The translations under genes and the position numbers were made by a program. DNA of 38,248 nucleotides from Candidatus Woesearchaeota archaeon. Its GTDB lineage: Archaea; Nanobdellota; Nanobdellia; Woesearchaeales; JASKKU01. The DNA lies in assembly GCA_011045925.1 (NCBI GenBank), contig DSBS01000049.1:1-38248 (forward strand), read 5' to 3'. Under the pieces are notes generated by a model. It ran no database searches. It had not been told where the DNA came from and saw only the letters and a program-made list of their open reading frames with translations. Positions 7,811 to 15,643 of this stretch are shown one piece after another (the first letter of the stretch is position 1; each line of letters opens with the position of its first letter).

Positions 7811-7813
7811 AAA

Positions 7814-8137
7814 ATGGACAGCGAGACCAGGGTGCAGATAGAAAACGAGCTTGAAAAAATCTCGGAGATGATAATGGAGCTTGAATACTCAAAGCAGTGC
7901 ATTGGTGAGATAACAAAAGGCAAAGAGCAGGACATTGTAATCCCTCTGGTGGGCGGGATTTTTATCAAAGGGAAAAAGCCAGAGGTTAAGGATTTTCTTG
8001 TTAACGTAGGCAGCGGGGTGCTTGTAAAAAAAACACCTGAAGAGGCAAAGGACTTCATAGGTGCAAGGCTGTACGAGCTGAACGAGTACATGAAGCGGCT
8101 TGAGGCACAGCTTTATTCAGGCGAAGAGAGTGAGTGA
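7814..8137 (+). CDS. pfdA: Prefoldin alpha subunit (short form)
   Basis: Coiled-coil / beta-hairpin / coiled-coil layout. IVIPLVGGIFIKG...FLVNVGSGVLVKKTPEEAKDFI matches the prefoldin-alpha hairpin region. Conserved pfdA-ftsY adjacency. Confidence 0.75.
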   Translation: MDSETRVQIENELEKISEMIMELEYSKQCIGEITKGKEQDIVIPLVGGIFIKGKKPEVKDFLVNVGSGVLVKKTPEEAKDFIGARLYELNEYMKRLEAQLYSGEESE

Positions 8138-8139
8138 AG

Positions 8140-9357
8140 ATGTTTAAGTTCTTCAAAAAAAAGCTGGGAGACGCAATAAGCAGGTTTTCTAAGAAAGCAA
8201 TCGAGGAAGTAGAGGCAGCAGAAGAAGAAAAGCCAGAAGACAGGAAAGAAAAAAAAGAAGAGAAAAAAAGGCTAAAGGAAGAGAAGAAGAAAAAGAAAGA
8301 ACAAGAAAAAAAACCAGAAGAAATTACAGGGCTTCCCAAGGAAGAAGATTCTGAAGAAGAGCCACAAGAGATTATAGATAAGCAAAAGCAAGAAAAAAAA
8401 CCAGAAGAAATTACAGAAAAGCCTAAGCAAGAAGACAGGAAAGAAACAAAAAAAGAGCTTACAGAAGAGCCGAAAGAAGAAAGAAAAGGCTTCATGCAAA
8501 GGCTTAAGGAAAGAGTCTCAAGCGTAAATATAAGCGAGGAAAAGTTCGATGACCTGTTTTTTGAGTTTGAAATAACGCTGCTTGAAAATAATGTTGCTTA
8601 CGAGATTGTCGAAAAAATTAAGGGAAGCCTTAAGCGTGCTGTTACAGAAAAGCCCATTGAAAAAAAGAAGCTAGACAGCTTAATCCAGGACACGCTAAAA
8701 AGCACGATAGAGGAAGTCCTGGACTTTGAAAAGATAGACATAATCAGGCAGGCAAAGGAGAAAAAGCCATACATCATTACATTTCTTGGGATAAACGGCT
8801 CAGGCAAAACAACAACCATTGCAAAAATAGCCAATTTATTAAAAAATAACAGCTTGACGAGCGTGATCGCTGCCTCTGACACCTTCAGGGCTGCTGCAAT
8901 CCAGCAGATGGAAGAGCATGCCAACAGGCTAAACATAAAAATGATTAAGCATGAGTATGGCTCTGACCCCGCTGCTGTTGCTTTTGACGCTGTAAACTAT
9001 GCCAAGGCAAAGGATATTGACGTGGTTCTTATAGATACAGCTGGCAGGCTTCACTCAAACAAAAACCTAATGGATGAGCTCAAAAAAATAAACAGGGTAA
9101 TCAGCCCCGACCTTAAGATATTTGTAGGTGAAAGCATCACAGGAAACGACTGCGTTGAGCAGGTTTCAAGGTTCAACAGCGAAATAGGCATTGACGCAAT
9201 TATACTGACAAAAGCAGACACAGATGAAAAAGGCGGCACTGCTCTTTCTGTTTCTTACATAAGCAAAAAGCCCATCCTTTTTCTGGGCACAGGCCAGGGC
9301 TATGAAGACCTGAAAGAATTTAGCAGAGAAGAAATTGTTGAAAGCCTAGGGCTTTAG
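8140..9357 (+). CDS. ftsY: Signal recognition particle receptor FtsY with long K/E-rich N-terminal domain
   Basis: NG domain motifs GINGSGKTTTIAKIA, DTAGRLH and TKADTDEKGG. ATG at 8140 (GTG at 8134 is also in frame). The first ~120 aa are Lys/Glu low complexity. Confidence 0.93.
   Translation: MFKFFKKKLGDAISRFSKKAIEEVEAAEEEKPEDRKEKKEEKKRLKEEKKKKKEQEKKPEEITGLPKEEDSEEEPQEIIDKQKQEKKPEEITEKPKQEDRKETKKELTEEPKEERKGFMQRLKERVSSVNISEEKFDDLFFEFEITLLENNVAYEIVEKIKGSLKRAVTEKPIEKKKLDSLIQDTLKSTIEEVLDFEKIDIIRQAKEKKPYIITFLGINGSGKTTTIAKIANLLKNNSLTSVIAASDTFRAAAIQQMEEHANRLNIKMIKHEYGSDPAAVAFDAVNYAKAKDIDVVLIDTAGRLHSNKNLMDELKKINRVISPDLKIFVGESITGNDCVEQVSRFNSEIGIDAIILTKADTDEKGGTALSVSYISKKPILFLGTGQGYEDLKEFSREEIVESLGL
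8302..8416 (+). repeat. Coding direct repeat in the FtsY N-terminal domain
   Basis: An identical 28-nt segment CAAGAAAAAAAACCAGAAGAAATTACAG occurs at 8302-8329 and 8389-8416 (period 87 nt = 29 codons; QEKKPEEIT... units). Confidence 0.85.
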
Positions 9358-9881
9358 TAAAGGTACGCTAAAGCCGAATAACCCTTAAGAAAAAGTGTAA
9401 CCCTATCCTTAACCTTGTCAACAAGAATCTTATCCTGGCTTCTCATTACCCTAACAAGGTCCCTGTTATCAGGCTCCTGGTAAAGCCTAAAGAAGGCATC
9501 GCTTTCAAGGTAAATAATAATGTCAGGAACATTATCGCCAGGGTTATAGTCAAGAACCTGCATCACATCTGACGCCACTGAAGCAAACAGCTCCTGCTGA
9601 TAATCAAGAATCACAATCTTAACCAAAGCAGGCTCAGTGGAAAAAGGCCTGGAATTAAGCCTGTAAAAATGAAGCTTGTTAAGAAGGTAAGTCGTTGCGT
9701 CAAGCGAAACCATCCGGCTGGTTTCATTCCACGACGGCTTTTCCCCAAGCTCAGGCACAGACTTATGAACTGAGAAGCCAACAATCAGAAAAAAGAAAAC
9801 AACAACAGCAGCCAGGAAAACAGAAAACAGAAGGGGAAGCCTGCTTTTCTTTTCCTTTTTCACCGGCTTTTTTTCTTTCAT
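9354..9881 (-). CDS. Membrane-anchored hypothetical protein
   Basis: 175 aa. Lys-rich N-terminus, one TM segment (LPLLFSVFLAAVVVFFFLIVGF), then a ~130-aa soluble domain. Start overlaps the rpoK stop by 4 nt; the stop overlaps the convergent ftsY stop. Confidence 0.6.
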   Translation of the reverse strand: MKEKKPVKKEKKSRLPLLFSVFLAAVVVFFFLIVGFSVHKSVPELGEKPSWNETSRMVSLDATTYLLNKLHFYRLNSRPFSTEPALVKIVILDYQQELFASVASDVMQVLDYNPGDNVPDIIIYLESDAFFRLYQEPDNRDLVRVMRSQDKILVDKVKDRVTLFLKGYSALAYLY

Positions 9882-10063
9882 AGAGTTTTTACTTTGATGG
9901 GAAGAAGCCCTTTCTCAAACTCCAGCTTGGCAATCTCATTTACATTGTACTTAAGCTCCTGGAGCTGCTTCTCACTAAGCTTAAGCAGCATCGGAGCGCC
10001 CATGGAAAGCTGAAGGGCTCTCGCCCCTAGTATCCTTGCTTTCTCAAAACGGGTGTATCTCAT
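9878..10063 (-). CDS. rpoK: DNA-directed RNA polymerase subunit K (Rpo6)
   Basis: TRFEKARILGARALQLSMGAPML and EFEKGLLPIKV match the RpoK/Rpb6 core. Confidence 0.9.
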   Translation of the reverse strand: MRYTRFEKARILGARALQLSMGAPMLLKLSEKQLQELKYNVNEIAKLEFEKGLLPIKVKTL

Positions 10064-10851
10064 TTAAGCACCTCTTTAAGCTTTGCTAATATTTTTTTCC
10101 CTGAAGCTAGGCCAAGCTTAAGCATCGCATCAAGCTCTTCCTTTGAAAGAGGGCTGTCGCCGCCTTTCTGCAATGCGTATATTCTGCCATCTTCCTTGGC
10201 TGCAAGTGTCAGCCTTCCATCTGAAGCCTCTTCCTCCTCACAAGTCAAATCAACAAGGAAATGATCTCCAACCTTATGCACAGTCGCAGGAACAACCCAC
10301 GAGCTAATCGGAAGCCTGTTCTTTGTCTTTTCCTTATAACTAACTGTGTCCCCTTCAAGCTTTGGCATGGTTGTGTCAAGCAAAGCTGCCATAGCTGCAA
10401 TCCCAGAGGCATCCATTATGTTTCCATCATTGTTTATCACAACTATGTCAATTGAAACATTCCAGACTTTCTCTCCTGGCCTGAGGCAGAGCTTTTTTGT
10501 ATCAATGATTTTCCCCTCTCTAATGCCACGATCAACAACTCTTGAAAACTCAATCGCATCAATGCCTGGCGGGCCAGACTCATACTCCGGCGAAGCTAGT
10601 GAAGGCAAAGAAACCTCAACCATAAGATTGCCGTTTTCCGGGGTGTCTGGATAAGGGGTTTCCAAAGAAAGCTTAATCCCTGCAATCACTTCGGTCTTGC
10701 CCAGTTTAACTCTCGCAGAGCCTTCAGCTGTGCTGCTCACGCCTGTTTCAATAGTTATCTCCCTGTATTCATCAAGCTCCCTGGAATCATACCTAAGGCC
10801 TTCCTTAAGGTATTTTGCCAGGTGCTGTTTTGCACTTTTACTGCTCAACAT
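10060..10851 (-). CDS. rrp42: Exosome complex component Rrp42 (RNase PH-like, non-catalytic)
   Basis: RNase PH fold pattern (GLRYDSRELDEYREITIETGV...AEGSARVKLGKTEV). Position is downstream of rrp41, with a 4-nt overlap onto rpoK. Confidence 0.88.
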   Translation of the reverse strand: MLSSKSAKQHLAKYLKEGLRYDSRELDEYREITIETGVSSTAEGSARVKLGKTEVIAGIKLSLETPYPDTPENGNLMVEVSLPSLASPEYESGPPGIDAIEFSRVVDRGIREGKIIDTKKLCLRPGEKVWNVSIDIVVINNDGNIMDASGIAAMAALLDTTMPKLEGDTVSYKEKTKNRLPISSWVVPATVHKVGDHFLVDLTCEEEEASDGRLTLAAKEDGRIYALQKGGDSPLSKEELDAMLKLGLASGKKILAKLKEVLK

Positions 10852-11569
10852 CTAAATCACCTTCTACTTTGTATTTATCAAGAAGCGCATTCTTCTGCAC
10901 TTCGTAGATTTTTTCTGCTGCTTCCTTTGCCATATCAAAAAGATTAAGCAGAGACTCTGCATCTACAGCACCGTCGCCCTGAAGAAGGGTCATCTTCCCT
11001 GAGTTGTGCATAAATGCAAAAGGAATATCGCACACCTCACCCTCAAAAGCCTCTTCCTCATAGCGAAGGTCAACGAGAAGCTTATCATCTATCTTGCCGC
11101 AGGCAACAGATGATATCATATCCTTCATCGGTATCCCTGCGTCAGCAAGTGCAAGTGCTGCTGCTGTAATTCCTGCACACCTTGAGCCTGCGTCTGTCTG
11201 GGGAAGCTCAATAAAGACATCCACGACAGAGTTAGGAAACTTCTCTATATCAACCACAGGCAGAATTGCCTTCTCGGTTACCATAGAAATCTCTTTTGCC
11301 CTCCGGTTCTGGCCTGGCCTTACTCTCTCGCCCATGCCTGAGAAAGGCATCATGCTGTAAGAGCATCTTAAAACCCCTTTTCTCGGGTCCTGCATAAACC
11401 TTGGCAGCATCTGCCTTGGGCCATAAACTGCAGCATATGCAGCAGTATTGCCAATCTTAAAGTAAGCGCTGCCATCAGCCTTATCTATAACCCCCACTTT
11501 TGCTTCCATAGGCCTGAGGTCAGTCAGGCTTCTTCCATCAATTCTTTTGCTGAAGCTCATCATTATCAC
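10838..11569 (-). CDS. rrp41: Exosome complex exonuclease Rrp41 (RNase PH)
   Basis: RIDGRSLTDLRPMEAKVGVIDKADGSAYFKIGNT..AVYGPR, typical of Rrp41. Alternative starts lie within the first 4 codons. Confidence 0.9.
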   Translation of the reverse strand: MIMMSFSKRIDGRSLTDLRPMEAKVGVIDKADGSAYFKIGNTAAYAAVYGPRQMLPRFMQDPRKGVLRCSYSMMPFSGMGERVRPGQNRRAKEISMVTEKAILPVVDIEKFPNSVVDVFIELPQTDAGSRCAGITAAALALADAGIPMKDMISSVACGKIDDKLLVDLRYEEEAFEGEVCDIPFAFMHNSGKMTLLQGDGAVDAESLLNLFDMAKEAAEKIYEVQKNALLDKYKVEGDLDVEQ

Positions 11570-12263
11570 CTATCTTGTTTCCTGTCTCTTTTTCAAGAAA
11601 TTTCTTTACCCTTTCCGTCAGGCCAGACGTGTGCGCCTGCTCGTCTATCATCTGCAAGGCTTTGACAAGAACCTGCTCCATCTTTGGGTCTCCGTCAATC
11701 CATATCAGGCCATTCTTGCCTACATAAACCTTGCAACCTGTTGCATTCTTCAGCATGGCAACCATAGATGCTTTTTTGCCAATAACCCTTGGAATCTTTA
11801 CAGGCGCAATGCCAAGCAGCCTGCCCCCAAAAAGCTTCCTTGAATTCCTGTCTTTCATAGACAAGTCAATCAGCATCTGGCTCGTAACCCTGGAAACACT
11901 GCAAAAAATCAGGTCGCCAATGTCAAAAAACTTGCTCAGGTCAGCGCCTCTGCCTACAAACTCGTTTACTGCATCCTTAACTGGAAGGATTGCCTCATAG
12001 GCAGTGTTCATCTCAACTCTCCACCCTGAAAGCAGCACATCGCTAATTCTTCCAATAATGGTGTCTCCCTCTCTTGGAAAGTAAGGGCCTGACAAAGGTA
12101 TAACCTTTATCACCCTATTGCTTACTTCCACAAGGCCTGTCTGCATAGACAGGATCTTGTCTTCTTCCCTGTAAGCTGATCCGGTAGGGACATAATCCAT
12201 TCCCTCAGCCAGAACCTCTCCAGGGATTACAACCTGCTTGTTGCTTACTTTTATTTCTCCCAT
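11538..12263 (-). CDS. rrp4: Exosome complex RNA-binding protein Rrp4 (S1 + KH)
   Basis: N-terminal VIPGEVLAEG, S1-like GDTIIGRISDV..GWRVEM, and a C-terminal KH region. GAGGTG SD upstream. Confidence 0.88.
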   Translation of the reverse strand: MGEIKVSNKQVVIPGEVLAEGMDYVPTGSAYREEDKILSMQTGLVEVSNRVIKVIPLSGPYFPREGDTIIGRISDVLLSGWRVEMNTAYEAILPVKDAVNEFVGRGADLSKFFDIGDLIFCSVSRVTSQMLIDLSMKDRNSRKLFGGRLLGIAPVKIPRVIGKKASMVAMLKNATGCKVYVGKNGLIWIDGDPKMEQVLVKALQMIDEQAHTSGLTERVKKFLEKETGNKIGDNDELQQKN

Positions 12264-12275
12264 TTATTCACCTCA

Positions 12276-12989
12276 TTATTTATCGAGAATCTTAATCTCA
12301 ACTTCGCCTTTAGTCATGTTGTTGAGCACATCCATTATCTCTTCTACATGCCCCGCAGGAACCTCAAGCTTGCAGGAGAAAGAGCCGTCATTGTTCCACT
12401 GCTCAAACAGGAAAGGCGCATGCTGCTTAACATAGCCATAGCCTTTTGCTGAGTAAACGGCAGGGATTGTAACCTCAAGCCTTTTCTTTTCAAAGCTAAG
12501 CGGCAATATCAGCTTAAGCTTGCTTACAAACCCCTCAATCTGCTCCTCAACAGGCTTAAACTCATCTACATGAAGCTTTGCCTCTTCTATCGCAGCCTCG
12601 ATCCTTGAAACCGGGTGGGGCAGCTTTGTTTTTGGGTCAACAGAGTTCATATGAATGATGTCAATAAGCCTCCTGAGCTTCCTCTGCCTTAGCTCATCCC
12701 TGATCTTAGCGGTTAAGTGAACCTCGCCTTCCTTGATTATCTTCTTGATGACTTTTTCAGGCTCAATAGTGCCAAAAGCCTCCATGATGTCCTTATCAGC
12801 AGCCAGCAGGCCCTTGTTTGCATCAGTAAAAACATGCATGCTCTTTGCTGCATCTATCAAGTCAACATCCTGGCCTTCCCTCAGCTTGACTGCAAGCTCA
12901 GGCTCGATAACAACCTCAAAATTATTGCCCGCCTTCTTAATCTTAGTTACATTAAAACTTATGCTTTCCTTTTCCGGAATAAAAACCAT
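12276..12989 (-). CDS. SBDS family ribosome maturation protein
   Basis: FEVVIEPELAVKLREGQDVDLIDAAKSMHVFTDANKG matches the SBDS N-terminal (FYSH) domain. GGAGG SD lies 10 nt upstream. Confidence 0.88.
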   Translation of the reverse strand: MVFIPEKESISFNVTKIKKAGNNFEVVIEPELAVKLREGQDVDLIDAAKSMHVFTDANKGLLAADKDIMEAFGTIEPEKVIKKIIKEGEVHLTAKIRDELRQRKLRRLIDIIHMNSVDPKTKLPHPVSRIEAAIEEAKLHVDEFKPVEEQIEGFVSKLKLILPLSFEKKRLEVTIPAVYSAKGYGYVKQHAPFLFEQWNNDGSFSCKLEVPAGHVEEIMDVLNNMTKGEVEIKILDK

Positions 12990-13028
12990 CCTTTATCATT
13001 CCTCCTTGTTTTTTAAAATCACAAAAAG

Positions 13029-13068
13029 GCATATGCCAAAAAACAGAAGCAGGCCCGGTTCCGGGCCT
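13029..13068 (-). terminator. Two GC-rich palindromes flanked by T-runs downstream of psmA
   Basis: On the minus strand: AGGCCCG-GAAC-CGGGCCT (13051-13068), then GCTTCTGTTTTTT, then GGCATATGCC (13029-13038), then TTTTT. Confidence 0.45.
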
Positions 13069-13143
13069 TTGGCCTTTGCCATTCCTGATTTCATTTGCAT
13101 ACTTTTAAATATAAATCAATAAACCTGGGCAAATCCCCGGGGC

Positions 13144-13857
13144 TTACTTTTTCATAAAAGACTCAATCTCTTTTTTTGTGAGCTTTTTGTTTGTCTTTGA
13201 TGAGTCAACATAAGCAAGGTCAATCCTGTTAAGGCTGAACTCCTCTTTAAGGAGCTTTTTCATAATGCTCAGGGAAAACTTTACAGCCTCCTCAAAGCCC
13301 ATGCCTTGCTTATATTCTTTCTGAAGTATCTTTTCTGCTTCTTCCTCATGCTCGCCAATTGCCCTGGCAAGATACCTGAAGTAGATTCCTGTCGGGTCAG
13401 TCTCATAAAGCCTTGGCTCAGCATCATAGCCTGCTATAAGCAAAGACACGCCAAACGGCCTGGCTCCCCCCGACTGGGTAAAGTACTGCTTTAGGTCGCA
13501 CAAGTCTTTTACAATAAGGAAAACATCTATTGGGTTATCATAGTTAAGCCTGTGCTGCTGGGCATAAACCTGGCCCCTGGAGATTAAAACTCTCGCATCA
13601 GAAATGATTCCGGCTGCGGTTGCGATAATATGCTCATCCACAACAAATATTTTTTCCACAGCATCTGCAACAAGCAGAGTATTAAGCACTCGTTTATCTG
13701 TAACAAGGATTACACCCTCTTTATAGACAATGCCTATTGCAGTCGAGCCCTGCCTGACTGTCTTTTTTGCATACTCTACCTGCAGCAGCCTTCCGTCCGG
13801 GCTGAACAAAGTGATTGCACGGTCATATCCCATCATTTGGTGGTCAATCAGTTCCAT
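13144..13857 (-). CDS. psmA: Proteasome subunit alpha
   Basis: GYDRAITLFSPDGRLLQVEYA signature. Start chosen at MELIDHQMMGYDRA (ATG 13857) because a GAGGT SD lies 8 nt upstream. ATGs at 13836/13833 are alternatives. Confidence 0.92.
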   Translation of the reverse strand: MELIDHQMMGYDRAITLFSPDGRLLQVEYAKKTVRQGSTAIGIVYKEGVILVTDKRVLNTLLVADAVEKIFVVDEHIIATAAGIISDARVLISRGQVYAQQHRLNYDNPIDVFLIVKDLCDLKQYFTQSGGARPFGVSLLIAGYDAEPRLYETDPTGIYFRYLARAIGEHEEEAEKILQKEYKQGMGFEEAVKFSLSIMKKLLKEEFSLNRIDLAYVDSSKTNKKLTKKEIESFMKK

Positions 13858-14191
13858 TTTCGCATACCTCTCTAAGCTTTTGCCTAATCTTGAGCAAAGT
13901 ACCAGAAGCAATTATGCTTCTTATGAATATAGGTGAGTCTTTGCAATCGTTTATAAAAATTGCGGAAGACTTTAGCATATTTAAATGCTTCCTGTTAACC
14001 CGAAGCACAAAAAAATTCTCTTTTGAAAGGTTGTCGACGGGCTTCACCCCTGCAAGAGAAAAGAAAGAAATCCCCATAAATTCCCTTATCCTATCAATAA
14101 TCCTGACTTTGCACTTATCCCAGGTGCCTCCGCGCAGCTCAAAAAGAACATACCTGCTCTTCTCTCTCATAGAAGGCTTTAGAATTTTCAT
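13844..14191 (-). CDS. rnp2: RNase P protein component 2 (Pop5/Rpp14 homolog)
   Basis: KPSMREKSRYVLFEL N-terminus resembles the Pop5 LPPTLRERKRYIAFE pattern. ~115 aa; conserved position upstream of psmA. Confidence 0.75.
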   Translation of the reverse strand: MKILKPSMREKSRYVLFELRGGTWDKCKVRIIDRIREFMGISFFSLAGVKPVDNLSKENFFVLRVNRKHLNMLKSSAIFINDCKDSPIFIRSIIASGTLLKIRQKLREVCENGTD

Positions 14192-14357
14192 GAAATTGGC
14201 CCCTCTTTTCGCAACAAAAACAAGAAAAAAAGGCTATTTTTATACTTTTGTATTTAAGATATAAAAAAAACTAAGGGGACCGTTGCAAAAACCATTAAAT
14301 AGTTAAAAGAAAAGTATTTAAAAAACCTTAGCAAAAGAAAGATTAGAGGTTATAAAA

Positions 14358-14627
14358 ATGGAAGCTGATGTGAATCTCATAAAGATAATTCTGGGGATTA
14401 TAATAGGAATGATACTTGCAGTGCTGTATGCCCTGAGGGTTCTTGTGATAATGGAAAGAAGAATCGCCAGGATGGACATAAACATGCTGAAGATAGTCAA
14501 CAAAATCTACAGGGATGAAGACGAAATTCTTGAGGAAGAAAAGAAAATTGAAAGGCTTCTGGTAGGAAAGCCAAAAAAAACAGCAAATAAGCCAAAGAAA
14601 AAGCCTGCAAAGAAGAAAAAGAAGTAA
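14358..14627 (+). CDS. Small single-TM protein with poly-Lys C-terminal tail (hypothetical)
   Basis: 89 aa. TM segment IIILGIIIGMILAVLYALRVLVI; tail KPKKTANKPKKKPAKKKKK. GAGGT SD lies 7 nt upstream. Confidence 0.6.
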   Translation: MEADVNLIKIILGIIIGMILAVLYALRVLVIMERRIARMDINMLKIVNKIYRDEDEILEEEKKIERLLVGKPKKTANKPKKKPAKKKKK

Positions 14628-14685
14628 AATTGAACCAGAATTCTTAATTTATTTTTTTTCAAATCCCAAATAAGAGGAGAAGCGA

Positions 14686-15630
14686 ATGAGCAAAGAGGGC
14701 AAGATGAGATTTGAGGATTATGTAGAAAAAATCCAGACTCTTGATATTCAGGGGGCAGAAAATGTTGCAAAGGCAGCAATGCATGCAGTTCTTGAGGTTA
14801 TTGAGGAGACAAAAGACTGGCAAATTAGCGATATAAAAAGAAGGCTGAAAAACTGTAGCGAAATCCTGAGAAAAACTAGGCCAACCGAGCCTGCAATGAT
14901 GAACTCGCTGAACTATTCCCTGCACTTTTCAGATTTCCCAAAGCAGAGCCAGGCAGAAAAGCATAAGCTAATCGAAGAGATTATTAAAAGAATAAACTTT
15001 GTGCTAAAGCACTTTGAAGAAAGTGATGAGATTATTGCCGAGATTGGAGAAAAGAAAATTAAAAAGAATTCTGTGGTTTACACCCACTGCCATTCTTCCA
15101 CTGTAATGAGAATAATAAAAAGGGCCTGGGATAAAGGCACAAGGTTTGAGGTGTTCTGCACAGAGACTAAGCCCCACTACCAAGGCAGGCGCACAGCAAT
15201 AGAGCTAAGCGAGCATGGCATTCCTGTAACATACTTTATAGACTCAGCTGCAAGGATTGCCATCAAAAAAGCAGATATTATGCTTATTGGAGCTGATGCA
15301 ATTACGAATGAGGGCAAGATTATTAATAAGATAGGCTCGGAATTGTTCTCGTTTGTTGCCTCAACTTACGATGTGCCTGTTTATGCTTGTACTAACTCCT
15401 GGAAATTCGACCCGCATAGCGTGTTTGGCTATGAGGTTAACATTGAGGAAGCAGAAAAAGCAGACTTTTGGCATGATGCGCCTGAAAAAGTCATGATAAA
15501 CAGGCTTATGTTTGAGAGAGTAGACCCAAAATACCTTTCCGGCGTAATCTCCGAGCTGGGAATATACTCCCCTGTTGTTTTTTCTGAGGAGATTAAAAGA
15601 AAATATGACTGGTTCTTTAAGAAGGCGTGA
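14686..15630 (+). CDS. eIF-2B alpha/beta/delta family protein (aIF-2B-like; candidate ribose-1,5-bisphosphate isomerase)
   Basis: VVYTHCHSSTV...FEVFCTETKPHYQGRRTA.EL...GIPVTYFIDSA...ADIMLIGADAITNEGKIINKIGS...VPVYACTNSWKFD. GAGGAG SD upstream. Confidence 0.8.
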   Translation: MSKEGKMRFEDYVEKIQTLDIQGAENVAKAAMHAVLEVIEETKDWQISDIKRRLKNCSEILRKTRPTEPAMMNSLNYSLHFSDFPKQSQAEKHKLIEEIIKRINFVLKHFEESDEIIAEIGEKKIKKNSVVYTHCHSSTVMRIIKRAWDKGTRFEVFCTETKPHYQGRRTAIELSEHGIPVTYFIDSAARIAIKKADIMLIGADAITNEGKIINKIGSELFSFVASTYDVPVYACTNSWKFDPHSVFGYEVNIEEAEKADFWHDAPEKVMINRLMFERVDPKYLSGVISELGIYSPVVFSEEIKRKYDWFFKKA

Positions 15631-15643
15631 ATTTGGCTTAAAG

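Noticed and set aside
8302-8416. Possible CRISPR-like or non-coding tandem repeat
   Set aside because: Only two copies exist. They are in frame inside the FtsY N-terminal domain with a period of 29 codons. No cas genes and no spacer-like unique units are present.
8055-8499. Antisense ORFs (146 aa and 75 aa) opposite the ftsY 5' region, and the similar 174-aa ORF 15654-16178 opposite the TFE tail
   Set aside because: They are mirror images of Lys/Glu or Lys/Pro low-complexity coding sequence (poly-Phe/Ser/Leu translations), which stays stop-free by composition. No start signals are present.
7814-9357. Searched the ftsY neighbourhood and all gaps for an SRP (7S) RNA
   Set aside because: I found no helix-8 type motif (GGAA tetraloop flanked by AGCA/GNAR asymmetric loops). 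The only CCGGAAG string (27436-27442) lies inside the RNase P RNA region on the opposite strand.
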